Positions 1 through 8,649 of a stretch of DNA of 64,000 nucleotides are shown piece by piece. The position numbers were made by a program, and so were the translations under genes. This DNA comes from Myxococcota bacterium (GTDB lineage: Bacteria; Myxococcota_A; UBA9160; UBA6930): assembly GCA_965223415.1 (NCBI GenBank), contig OZ245002.1, positions 3,040,001-3,104,000 on the forward strand. Direction: 5' to 3'. The notes under the pieces were generated by a model. The model saw only the letters and a list, made by a program, of their open reading frames with translations. It was not told the DNA's origin and made no database searches. How positions within the stretch are numbered: position 1 is the first letter of the stretch; the number at the start of each line of letters is the position of its first letter.

Positions 1-200
1 AGCTCCCGCAGACCCACGGTGATGCCCTGGCCGGAGCAGTAGGTTTCTGGATCGAGCAGCGCGGCCTTCACATCGTCGTAGCGGGACAGGGCCCAGAACG
101 AGAGCTCGGGGTTGTGGAAGGCCGGGAACTCGTCGCGCAGGCGTCGGTAGACCGGGTAGGGATCCTCGTGCAGCCTCGGCGAGTACGGATCGAAGTTCAT
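1..200 (-). CDS. Cytochrome P450 (N-terminal part; runs off the window edge)
   Basis: Not in the ORF track. Manual translation from ATG at 200 (GGAGG SD upstream): MNFDPYSPRLHEDPYPVYRRLRDEFPAFHNPELSFWALSRYDDVKAALLDPETYCSGQGI, a typical bacterial P450 N-terminus. Confidence 0.85.
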   Translation of the reverse strand, partial: MNFDPYSPRLHEDPYPVYRRLRDEFPAFHNPELSFWALSRYDDVKAALLDPETYCSGQGITVGLRE

Positions 201-339
201 GGCAGCCTCCGGCGCGATCGCGACGAGTGTACCCGCGATGAGACGGATGGTCCGCCTCGGAGCCGCACGAGGCCGACCGACGGGCCGCTGACGTACCGGC
301 GAGGAGGTTCAGCGTCGGCCGACGCGCTGGCGATGATCG

Positions 340-870
340 CTAGTCGTCGGTATCCGAGTCGTCATCGTCGTGTCCGCGCCCGTGCTCGCCCGAGGGGGAG
401 CCGACCGCGTCCTGCATGGCGTACGCGCTCGCCGCGCCGTGCCGATAGACCAGCTCGCCGCCCGAGTGCCCCACCTGCGCGCCGGCACCCAGGACGGCGA
501 GGGCCGCGACGACCGACGCCCAGCGGGCCATTCCGCCCGCGAGGCCGGGCAGGAGGCCCGCGGCGACCACGGCCAGGGCGAGCCCGGCCACCACCTGGAA
601 GCGCTCGGCCTGCTCTTCGTGGTCCTCGATGTACCGCTCGGCGACCACCTCCTCGACGCGGTCCTCCTGCTCCTCGCCGGTCTCCAGGGCCATCCAGCCC
701 GACCCCACCAGCAGCGCCTGGAGGAGGACGATGCCGACCCAGGTTCGGGGCGGGACGTGGTTCGAGCGGATCGCGACCGCCGCCAGCAGCGCGAGCGCCG
801 GGATCAGGACGGCGAGCGCGATGGGCAGGTGAACGACTGCGGGGTGCAAGGGGTCCGGTACCGGGAACAT
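340..870 (-). CDS. DUF2231-like membrane protein
   Basis: PLHPAVVHLPIAL start, several TM helices, GHSGGELVYRHG motif, acidic tail. Confidence 0.8.
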   Translation of the reverse strand: MFPVPDPLHPAVVHLPIALAVLIPALALLAAVAIRSNHVPPRTWVGIVLLQALLVGSGWMALETGEEQEDRVEEVVAERYIEDHEEQAERFQVVAGLALAVVAAGLLPGLAGGMARWASVVAALAVLGAGAQVGHSGGELVYRHGAASAYAMQDAVGSPSGEHGRGHDDDDSDTDD

Positions 871-989
871 CGTGGAATCCTCCGTTTGCGAGTTCGCGAC
901 AGGAGCCCGACCATGGCTCCCGGCGGGTCACCCGGCATCCGGCAAGTGTCGGAAGCGGTAAGCCCTCGATACGGAAGGGGATTCGATCG

Positions 990-1547
990 GTGCCCCGTAC
1001 AGCTGCCGGAGATTCCCAGCTTCGGGTGATCCTGACGTTCCTGCTCGGAGGGATCGCCATCGGCGGGGGCATCGACCTCTGGATGGACTGGCCCACGTCT
1101 CCTGGCGCCTTCCACGTCGGCTTCGAGGTCGCCGTCCTCGTCCTGTCCCTCGGGGGCGTGGTGTTCCTGTGGAGTGGCTGGGTGCGGACGCGTCACTCAC
1201 TCGATCGGACTCGCGAGGCGTCGGTCCGGCTGACCGAGGAGCGGGACGCCTGGCGGCAGCGTGCCGAGAAGCTCCTTCGGGGCCTCGGCGAGGAGATCGA
1301 CGCCCAGCTCCGCAGCTGGGAGCTGACGGCGGCCGAGCGCGAGGTCGCGCTCTTCCTGCTGAAGGGCTACGAGCACAAGGAGATCGCGGCGCTGCTCGAT
1401 CGGAGCGATCGCACGATCCGTCAGCACGCCGTTTCCGTCTATCGGAAGTCGAACCTGTCGGGCCGCGCCGAGCTCGCCGCGTTCTTCCTCGAAGATCTGC
1501 TCCTGCCTCCGGAGACCCCCCCATTTCCAGCGGACGGCGCGCCATGA
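990..1547 (+). CDS. Membrane-anchored LuxR-family HTH regulator
   Basis: Two N-terminal hydrophobic helices, then LTAAEREVALFLLKGYEHKEIAALLDRSDRTIRQHAVSVYRKSNLSGRAEL; GTG start at 990 inferred. Confidence 0.85.
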   Translation: MPRTAAGDSQLRVILTFLLGGIAIGGGIDLWMDWPTSPGAFHVGFEVAVLVLSLGGVVFLWSGWVRTRHSLDRTREASVRLTEERDAWRQRAEKLLRGLGEEIDAQLRSWELTAAEREVALFLLKGYEHKEIAALLDRSDRTIRQHAVSVYRKSNLSGRAELAAFFLEDLLLPPETPPFPADGAP

Positions 1548-1596
1548 GAGGCCTCGCGGCCGTTTCGGCAAGCTCGAGACGTCGGCGTCGCCCTGC

Positions 1597-2625
1597 TCAG
1601 GGTTGGATCGCCCCGTATCGGATCAACGTCTCCGCACTGGCGCGAAGCGCCTCGTCGGCCGGGATCAAGTCGCGGCCCAACAGTTCGCGGAGCTTGGCGG
1701 AGGACGAGAAGCGCCGCTTGCCGAGCTCCATCGCGATCGTCTTCATGTCCGCGTTGAACAGGGCCATCAGCCGCACGACGAAGTCCGGCATCCCGAAGCG
1801 AGGGAGCTTGGCGGCGTGCTGGGGGCAAGCGTCGCGCAGGATCTCCGCGACCTCCTTCATCGAAAGGAAGTCGTCGGCGACGATGTAGCGCTCGCCGATC
1901 GTGGAGGGATCCTCCATGGCCTTGATGTGCGCAGCCGAGACATCGCGCACGTCCACGACCTGGATGCCGACATCGGGCACGGCCGGGAACTTGCCCTCGA
2001 GCAACTGGAGGACGACGCCGACCGAGGTCTTGACCTGCTCGCTCAGTACCGGGCCGTAGACGCCGACCGGGTTGATCGCCGTAAGACCGATGCCCTGGCC
2101 CTCGCTCGCGACGAAGTCCCAGGCGGCTCGTTCTGCCAGGGTCTTCGAGGCGGAGTAGGCGCCGCAGTCGGCGGCGTTCTCGGGGCAGCTCCAGTCTGCC
2201 TCGGTGAGGGTCGCGGGCAGGTCGTCGCCCCAGCCATAGGCGATGGCCGCGCAGGAAGAGGTGAGGACGACGCGATCGACGCCGGATCCCCGCGCCGCTC
2301 GGAGAACGCGAAGGGCGCCATCGCGCGCAGGGCGGATCAGGTCGTCGGGATCCCTCGGGGCCGCGAGCGGGAAGGGCGAGGCCAGGTGGTGGATCACGTC
2401 GACCCCGGACACGGCTTCCGCCCAGCCATCGTCCGACTCGAGGTCGGCCTCCACCAACTCCAGCTCGGCTGCGCGCGGCGTGTGCTTGCCGAGGACGTTC
2501 TTGAGGACGTCACCCTTGGCGAGGGAGCGGACGGTTCCGCGAACGCGATGGCCTCCCTCGAGCAGGTCGAGGATCAGCTGCTGGGCGATGAAGCCCGAGG
2601 CGCCGGTGACGAGCGTGCTGGTCAT
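1597..2625 (-). CDS. NAD-dependent epimerase/dehydratase (aldehyde reductase, extended SDR)
   Basis: TGASGFIA Rossmann motif, HLASP, TSS, YSASK catalytic motif. Confidence 0.9.
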   Translation of the reverse strand: MTSTLVTGASGFIAQQLILDLLEGGHRVRGTVRSLAKGDVLKNVLGKHTPRAAELELVEADLESDDGWAEAVSGVDVIHHLASPFPLAAPRDPDDLIRPARDGALRVLRAARGSGVDRVVLTSSCAAIAYGWGDDLPATLTEADWSCPENAADCGAYSASKTLAERAAWDFVASEGQGIGLTAINPVGVYGPVLSEQVKTSVGVVLQLLEGKFPAVPDVGIQVVDVRDVSAAHIKAMEDPSTIGERYIVADDFLSMKEVAEILRDACPQHAAKLPRFGMPDFVVRLMALFNADMKTIAMELGKRRFSSSAKLRELLGRDLIPADEALRASAETLIRYGAIQP

Positions 2626-2656
2626 GGTGTCTCCTGCAGATGGACGAGAGAATAGG

Positions 2657-2692
2657 TGACCGATGGTCAGATATATAGTCGACTGTCGGTCA
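2657..2692. promoter_or_regulatory. Putative TetR operator pair
   Basis: TGACC-GAT-GGTCA palindrome (2657-2669) and a degenerate copy CGACT-GTC-GGTCA (2680-2692) between the divergent SDR and TetR genes. Confidence 0.6.
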
Positions 2693-2729
2693 GTTGTCAC
2701 CCCTCGGTCCGAGAGCGACACTTCCGCCC

Positions 2730-3395
2730 GTGGCCGACGCCCCCAGGACCCACTACCAGCGCGCACGCCGCAAGGCCGAGAAGGACGAGCGCCGCGCCGT
2801 CATCCTGGCCGCGGCGGCTGCCCTGCTGCACTCGACGGGCTTCGAGGGCTTCTCGATGGCGGCACTGGGCAAGAAGGCGGGCATCGCCAAGGGCACCCTC
2901 TATCTCTACTTCGAGACCCGCGAGGAGGTCTTGCTCGCGCTCTGGGTCGAGGCCTTGCGTGATTGGAGTCGGGCTCTGCGCGCGAGTCTGCGTGAGGGCA
3001 TGAGCGATCAAGACTTCGTTGCGTGCTTCCAAACCTCATCGCTCGCGGACCCGAACTTCCTGACGCTTCGCTCACGCCTCGAGAGCGTCATCGAGCACAA
3101 CGTGTCCGTGGATCGCCTCGTGGAGGCGAAGCGAACCATGCGCGATCTGCTCCTCGAACTCTCCCCGCGAATCGAGCGTGCACTCGACCTGGAGGACGAT
3201 CGGGGATCGCGACTGCTGATCGCTCTGGGAGCGCTCCTGCTCGGTGCCCAGCAGTCGCGCACCGGTCCCGCCGTGCAGTCCCTCGATTTGCCCGAGGACG
3301 TCGCGGAGTTCATGCGGGTTGAACCCGGGACGGATCTCTTTCGCGACCACGCCCGGATGATCATTGCAGGAACCCGCGCCGCGGGTCGGGGCTAG
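2730..3395 (+). CDS. TetR-family transcriptional regulator
   Basis: GFEGFSMAALGKKAGIAKGTLYLYFETREEV HTH; GTG start inferred. Confidence 0.9.
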   Translation: MADAPRTHYQRARRKAEKDERRAVILAAAAALLHSTGFEGFSMAALGKKAGIAKGTLYLYFETREEVLLALWVEALRDWSRALRASLREGMSDQDFVACFQTSSLADPNFLTLRSRLESVIEHNVSVDRLVEAKRTMRDLLLELSPRIERALDLEDDRGSRLLIALGALLLGAQQSRTGPAVQSLDLPEDVAEFMRVEPGTDLFRDHARMIIAGTRAAGRG

Positions 3396-3477
3396 GCCCG
3401 GCGCCTCGAGCAGCGCCCTTCGGAGAGTGCTGCGGCACCTGCATCGACGAGACGTCCTTCACGCCCGGCCTCTGCTC

Positions 3478-4377
3478 CTAGCGCCGTTCGAGCACCGCAT
3501 CGCCCGCGCGCTCGAGGATCCGCTCCGTGCGACGCCGCATCTGCGTCTCGACGTCCGGCGCAAGGCCCCACTCGCCCATCGACGCGGCACCGGCCGAGGC
3601 CACGAAGAGCTCCCAAACGGGCAGGTCGAAGAGGTCGATCGGGGCGAGCGCGAGGTAGGCCTCGGTGAAGGCATCCGCGGCGCGCTCGCCTTGTCGCCAG
3701 GTCAGCTCCACCCGCGCGCCCGCGAGGTCGCACAGCGGGTCGCCGAGGGCGGCGTCCTCCCAGTCGAGAACGGCGGCGATCGCGCCTCCGTTCCAGAGGA
3801 CGTTGCCGGGCCAGAAGTCGCCGTGGAGCAGGACGGAGGGATTCGAGGCCTCGAGGGAGAGGCCGCGCAAGGCGGCGCGCAGGGCTTCGGTCATCGGGAG
3901 CGCCGGAAGGAACTCGAGCGCTCCCGCGACGGGGTCCTCCCGGGGCGGAAGCGACGGGAGCGGGAGGCTCGCGGCGTCGAGGGCGTGCAGCCGGGCGAGG
4001 AAGCTGGCCATCGTGCGGAGGGCGTCGGGCAGGAGCGCGTCGGGGAGCTCGGTCGTGCCCTCGACGTAGACCATCACGAGACAGGCGGGGTCCGCGCCCC
4101 CGCCGTCGTCGAGGAAGAGCGGCTCCGGCACTGGGAGCCCCGCGCCGTGGAGGGCCTCGAGCAGTGCGTGCTCGGTGTGAGCGGCGTCCGCGGCGGTGCC
4201 CTTCCCGTCGGCCGCCCCGGGCTGCCGCACGACCACGCGCCGGATGCCGCCGGAGGGCAATGCGAGCTCGAGCACCTCGACGCGAGCGGAGACCCCCCCG
4301 CGCAGGACCCGATGACCCAGGACCGTGGCGTCCGGCGCCACCCGTCGCGCCAGCCGCTCGCGGGAGTTCGGGGGCAT
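3478..4377 (-). CDS. Aminoglycoside phosphotransferase (APH)-family kinase
   Basis: LHGDFWPGNVLW (Brenner motif) and VLDWEDAALGDP. Confidence 0.85.
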   Translation of the reverse strand: MPPNSRERLARRVAPDATVLGHRVLRGGVSARVEVLELALPSGGIRRVVVRQPGAADGKGTAADAAHTEHALLEALHGAGLPVPEPLFLDDGGGADPACLVMVYVEGTTELPDALLPDALRTMASFLARLHALDAASLPLPSLPPREDPVAGALEFLPALPMTEALRAALRGLSLEASNPSVLLHGDFWPGNVLWNGGAIAAVLDWEDAALGDPLCDLAGARVELTWRQGERAADAFTEAYLALAPIDLFDLPVWELFVASAGAASMGEWGLAPDVETQMRRRTERILERAGDAVLERR

Positions 4378-4494
4378 GCCGGAGCATCGCGCATGCGGGT
4401 TCCGAAGGCAGCTACCGTGTCCCATCGAACGGAGGGTCCAGTACCGTGGGGATCCGCCTTCGCAGCCGACCGGCCCCCAGGGTGAGGAAGGGCC

Positions 4495-4653
4495 ATGAAC
4501 TGGGAAGCCGCAGGCGCGATCGGCGAGCGCGTGGGAGTGCTCGCGGTCGTCACCGTCATCTACCTGGCGAACCAGGTTCGCTATGCGCGCCCGGATCTCG
4601 AGTTCTCGAAGTGGTTGTTCGAGGTGGCCAGGATCGAGAAGCCGTCGGAGTGA
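4495..4653 (+). pseudogene. 52-aa remnant or mini-protein resembling 'MNWxAxGAIGE' membrane-anchored hypothetical proteins
   Basis: GAGGAAGG SD; MNWEAAGAIGERVGVLAVVTVIYLANQVRYARPDLEFSKWLFEVARIEKPSE*. Confidence 0.5.
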
Positions 4654-4792
4654 GTGCCACGACGCGGATGTCTGCCCCACGGGGGCTTCAGCGTCGGTTT
4701 CTCTTGAACTGACACACCGCTCCACGAGAGGATGGGACAACGGACGGGACTAGGAGTCTGGTACGAGCGGGTCGTTGCTGTGCGGAGCGCAA

Positions 4793-6268
4793 GTGCGGGT
4801 TCTCGTCGTCGACCTGAACAACTTCTCACGCTATCCGACGATGTCGGTCGGGTTGATCGCGGGCATCCTGCGCGGTGCGGGGATCGGGGTCGACGTCCTC
4901 TCGCCTTTCGCGCTCGGCATCGAGGGCTATCCGCGCACCGTCCGGCCCCCCGCCTGGGGTCTGGCCGGCCAGGCCCTCCGGTTCTGGAGCGCCACCACCC
5001 GGAGTCGGCTCGTCCGGCAGGCGCGGGCGGCCGCCCTTCGCTCGGTCCGGCCGCCCAGAGAAGCGAACCACGAGGTGATCCTGCGGGGCGTCGAGGAGAG
5101 GCTCGAGGTCGGTGCGGAGGTGGTCCTGATCTCGGCGTACACGATGTACTTCGAGGTCAGTCGGAAGATCTGCGCGCTCGCCCAGCGGTACGGAAGGCCG
5201 GTGCTCGTCGGAGGCAACGCCTTTTGCGAGCCCGAGATCGTCGGCCGGTGGCTCGGGATCCCGGGGCTCTCGGCCGTGTTCGGCGGCGAGCCCGAGCCGG
5301 TGCTGGTCGACCTCGTCGTCGGCCTGGCGGCGGGACGCGACGTCTCCCAGATGTCGGGTGTCTCCGTCGCCGGCCGACCCGCCCGGCCGCCCGCGCCTCC
5401 CCTGCGCGACCTCGATGCCCTTCCGTTCCCCGACTACAGCGACTTCCCCTGGCACCGCTACCCGAATCGGATCGTCCCGATGATGGCCGGTCGTGGGTGC
5501 GGCTGGGGCGCCTGCGCCTTCTGTGGCGACGTCGTGACCTCGGCGGGCCGTCGGTTCCGGACTCGCACGCCCCACGACGTGCTCGAGGAGATGAGGCACC
5601 AGCACGGGAAGCACGAGACCGATCTCTTCACGTTCCTGGATCTGAAGCTCAACTCGAGTCGCGCCGTGTGGAAGGCCCTGGCCGAGGAGACCCAGCGGGT
5701 CGTGCCGGGGGCGCGCTGGACCGCATCGCTCCACGTCGATGCTCGCAGCAACGACGACCTCGAAGCCCGGGACCTGCGGGAGGCGCGACGGGGCGGGCTC
5801 GTTCGCATCACCACGGGGCTCGAGTCGGCGAGCCCCCTCGTCCTGAAGGGGATGGCGAAGGGCACGGACCCCGAGCGGACGAGCGAGGTGCTGCACCATG
5901 CCCACGAGGCCGGGATCAGCGTCCGACTCACCGTCCTGGTCGGCTATCCGGGAGAGCAGGCCGGCGACGTCGAAGCCACGGCCCGGTACCTCGAGCGCCA
6001 CCGCGACTTCGTCGATCGCGTGGTCGTCAACCGTCTCGCCATCATGCCGGGATCGGGTCTGGCCAGGGAGCTGCGTTCCCACCCCGAGCGCTTCCCCGAG
6101 ATCTCGGACACGCGTCTCGACCTCGACTCCGCGACCATCGACCACTGGAACGAGAGCTTCGTCGGAGAGGGCTACCGGCGTGCGATCTGGGGCTTGCTCC
6201 GGGTCGTGCACCGCATCAACCGCAAGCCCCTGACCGGGGTCTCGCGGGAGTTCGAAGGGGTCATGTAG
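4793..6268 (+). CDS. B12-binding-domain radical SAM protein
   Basis: N-terminal cobalamin-binding-like region (VLVGGN, VFGGEPE), LDALPFPDY, GRGCGWGACAFC (CX4CX2C), TTGLESAS. Confidence 0.85.
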   Translation: MRVLVVDLNNFSRYPTMSVGLIAGILRGAGIGVDVLSPFALGIEGYPRTVRPPAWGLAGQALRFWSATTRSRLVRQARAAALRSVRPPREANHEVILRGVEERLEVGAEVVLISAYTMYFEVSRKICALAQRYGRPVLVGGNAFCEPEIVGRWLGIPGLSAVFGGEPEPVLVDLVVGLAAGRDVSQMSGVSVAGRPARPPAPPLRDLDALPFPDYSDFPWHRYPNRIVPMMAGRGCGWGACAFCGDVVTSAGRRFRTRTPHDVLEEMRHQHGKHETDLFTFLDLKLNSSRAVWKALAEETQRVVPGARWTASLHVDARSNDDLEARDLREARRGGLVRITTGLESASPLVLKGMAKGTDPERTSEVLHHAHEAGISVRLTVLVGYPGEQAGDVEATARYLERHRDFVDRVVVNRLAIMPGSGLARELRSHPERFPEISDTRLDLDSATIDHWNESFVGEGYRRAIWGLLRVVHRINRKPLTGVSREFEGVM

Positions 6269-6294
6269 ACTCGGGCAGGTCAAGGAGCATCGCC

Positions 6295-7023
6295 ATGGAC
6301 GCCTCGCCTCACGCCTACTCCGCCGAGCCCACGAGGAACCCCTTCCGCTTCGCGCTCGCCCTTTGGCGTCTGATCCGAAACGACCCGAGCGAGACCACGC
6401 CCGAGGCGGCGATCGTGGAGATGGGATTCGCGCGCTCCCGGATCGGTCGCCGCTTCGCCCGTTGGGAGGAGGTCGTCACGTACCTGAAGCGCGATCCGCG
6501 CACGGCGAAGGCGATCCAGGAGCGTCGCGCCTTCGGGCCGATCGCCCTCGATCCGCTGGCCGCCCTTCCGCCCGGGACCCTCGGACGCGTCTTCGCGGAG
6601 CACTGTCGGGCCCGGGAGCTGAACCCGAACCTGATCCACGTGCCGCCGGACGACGAGGTCGGCTGGGTGCTGAATCACCTCTATCAGACCCATGACATCT
6701 GGCACGTGGTGACGGGTTGGGACAACGACCTGCCGGGCGAGGTCGGGCTGGGCACCTTCTACGCGGGCCAGTTCGGATCCCCTTCCTTCTTCTCGTTCAT
6801 GCTCGCTCTGATCCTGCTCAACACCGTCCTGCGAAGGAACGACGCGGGCCCGGTGATGACTGCCATGAGCGAGGGCTACCGAGCGGGCCAGCGGGCCGAG
6901 CCGCTCTTCGGCACCGACTGGGCCGCGCTCTGGGACGCGCCCCTCGACGAGGTCCGTTCGCGTTTCGGAGTCGAGGCTCGCGAGGGAGTGGTCGAGCCTC
7001 CGCGGCTGGGCGCAGTCGGGTGA
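6295..7023 (+). CDS. Coq4-family protein
   Basis: LAALPPGTLG and HDIWHVVTGWDNDLPGE (HDxxH-x11-E metal motif); AAGGAG SD. Confidence 0.85.
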   Translation: MDASPHAYSAEPTRNPFRFALALWRLIRNDPSETTPEAAIVEMGFARSRIGRRFARWEEVVTYLKRDPRTAKAIQERRAFGPIALDPLAALPPGTLGRVFAEHCRARELNPNLIHVPPDDEVGWVLNHLYQTHDIWHVVTGWDNDLPGEVGLGTFYAGQFGSPSFFSFMLALILLNTVLRRNDAGPVMTAMSEGYRAGQRAEPLFGTDWAALWDAPLDEVRSRFGVEAREGVVEPPRLGAVG

Positions 7024-7100
7024 GAGCGCGGGTCCCACGAGCGCCTGTGCCCCCAGGACGACCGGGGCCCCAGGCGCTGCTCCGAAGGCCGGAGGCACGC

Positions 7101-7487
7101 ATGCGAAAGACGATGCCTGTTCGGGAGTGCATGAGTCGCCTCCCCGCTGAGGTCGACCGCCACGAGACGCTCAGTGCGGTTCTGGATCACATGCATGTGC
7201 AGCGCTGCCATCACGTCCCCGTCATGGACGGACCGCGGCTGTTCGGCATCCTTTCGAGCCACGACCTGCTCGACCACGCCGTCCGAGCCGGGCCGGCCAG
7301 CCGGGAGCTCCTCGCCGGCGACGTCTGCACGCAGGGTCCGCTGCGGGTGGAGCCGATGGCACCGATCGTGGAGGTGGCTCGGGCCATGGTCGAGCACCAC
7401 GTGAGCAGCGCCCTCGTCACCGAGGGCGACGTGCTCGTGGGGATCTTCACCACGAACGACGCGCTGCGGCTCATCTCCCAGCTCTGA
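7101..7487 (+). CDS. CBS-pair domain protein
   Basis: HHVPVMDGPRLFGILS and SSALVTEGDVLVGIFTTNDAL CBS motifs; GGAGG SD. Confidence 0.85.
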   Translation: MRKTMPVRECMSRLPAEVDRHETLSAVLDHMHVQRCHHVPVMDGPRLFGILSSHDLLDHAVRAGPASRELLAGDVCTQGPLRVEPMAPIVEVARAMVEHHVSSALVTEGDVLVGIFTTNDALRLISQL

Positions 7488-7652
7488 GGTAGCCGTGGCT
7501 GGTGAGTGTGTCGTGGGCTGCGGCGGCTGGAGCTTCCGCGCCCAGCTGCTCGGCGACGAGCGGCACGGAGCCGACGAGCAGGCGCCCCTGGACCCGGCCC
7601 GCGACGCCGCTCCCATACGCGGGCGTGACAGGGGCGGGCGAGGCGCGCTCGA

Positions 7653-8552
7653 TCATCGGCGCCTGGCCCGTGGCGTCCGGAACCACCGGCCCAGCTCCTC
7701 GAACTCGTCGCGTCGTGGCGAGGTCCTGCGCCAGGCGAGGCCGATCGTTCGCCTGGGAGCGGGTCGAACGAAGGGGACGGTCACCAGGTCGGCATCGAGC
7801 GCGACGGCTCCCCCAGTCGCGATCGACGGGAGCAGCGTCACGCCGGCACCGCTCGCGACCATGGGGACCAGGGTCGAGAGACTGCTGGCGCTCAGGTCCC
7901 CCAGCTCCGAGGCGCCGGCCCGGCTGCAAACCGAGAGGGCCTGGCCCCGAAGGCAATGACCGTCCTCCAGCAGCAGCACGTCCTCGCCGGACAGGTCGGC
8001 CTCCCGGACACGCTTGCGGCTCGCGAGGCGATGGCCCTGCGGCACCGCCAGCAGGAAGGAGTCGTCGAACAGGGGCAGGGTGGCGACGTCGCCGAGCGGA
8101 GCCTCGAGGGCCACGAGGAGGAGGTCGAGGGCACCGCGCACGAGGTCCTCGACCAGCAGGGCGGTCTGCTTCTCGTGCAGCTCGAGCCGGAGCTTCGGGT
8201 GCGCGCGGCGCACCGCGGGCAACACCGCGGGCAGCAGGTACGGCGCGACCGTCGGGATTACCCCGAGCCGTAGCGGTCCGGTCAGGGGCTGATGCAGGCT
8301 TCGCGCTGCGTCCTGCAGCTCGCCGACCGCCGTGAGCACGTGGCGCGCACGTCGCAGGATCTCGCGGCCGGCGGGCGTCACCAGCATCGGCTTGCGCCCG
8401 CGCTCGAAGAGCCGGACCTCGAGGGTTTCCTCGAGCTGGCGCACCTGGGTGCTCAAGCCCGGCTGGGTGACGTGACAGGCGTCGGCCGCGGCCTGGAACG
8501 TTCCGTGGTCCTCGATCGCGACGATGTACTCGAGCTGGCGAATCGTGGGCAT
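7653..8552 (-). CDS. oxyR: H2O2-responsive LysR regulator OxyR
   Basis: LysR HTH, LLLEDGHCLRGQALSVC with both redox cysteines, divergent from catalase. Confidence 0.92.
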   Translation of the reverse strand: MPTIRQLEYIVAIEDHGTFQAAADACHVTQPGLSTQVRQLEETLEVRLFERGRKPMLVTPAGREILRRARHVLTAVGELQDAARSLHQPLTGPLRLGVIPTVAPYLLPAVLPAVRRAHPKLRLELHEKQTALLVEDLVRGALDLLLVALEAPLGDVATLPLFDDSFLLAVPQGHRLASRKRVREADLSGEDVLLLEDGHCLRGQALSVCSRAGASELGDLSASSLSTLVPMVASGAGVTLLPSIATGGAVALDADLVTVPFVRPAPRRTIGLAWRRTSPRRDEFEELGRWFRTPRARRR

Positions 8553-8596
8553 AAGTAAAACTTATGATAAGAAGAAGAACAATCAATTGGATTAAT
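8551..8596. promoter_or_regulatory. OxyR-type binding site
   Basis: ATAA-N7-TTAT (8551-8565) and ATCA-N7-TAAT (8582-8596) in the AT-rich oxyR/katA intergenic region. Confidence 0.7.
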
Positions 8597-8649
8597 GATC
8601 CGCCGAGGCCGAGGCTCTCCTCATCGATCCTCAACGAAAGGAGAACCTC

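Noticed and set aside
3478..4377. Aminoglycoside resistance gene (and the two 'beta-lactamases' as resistance genes)
   Set aside because: Only fold-level motifs are present; these families are mostly metabolic kinases and esterases
4654..4792. Possible cobalamin riboswitch upstream of the B12-radical SAM gene
   Set aside because: No recognisable B12-box or conserved core by eye; an Rfam scan would be needed to exclude it fully
4495..6268. Small ORF as a RiPP precursor for the radical SAM enzyme
   Set aside because: The peptide looks like a TM-helix family fragment; no RRE, peptidase or transporter nearby
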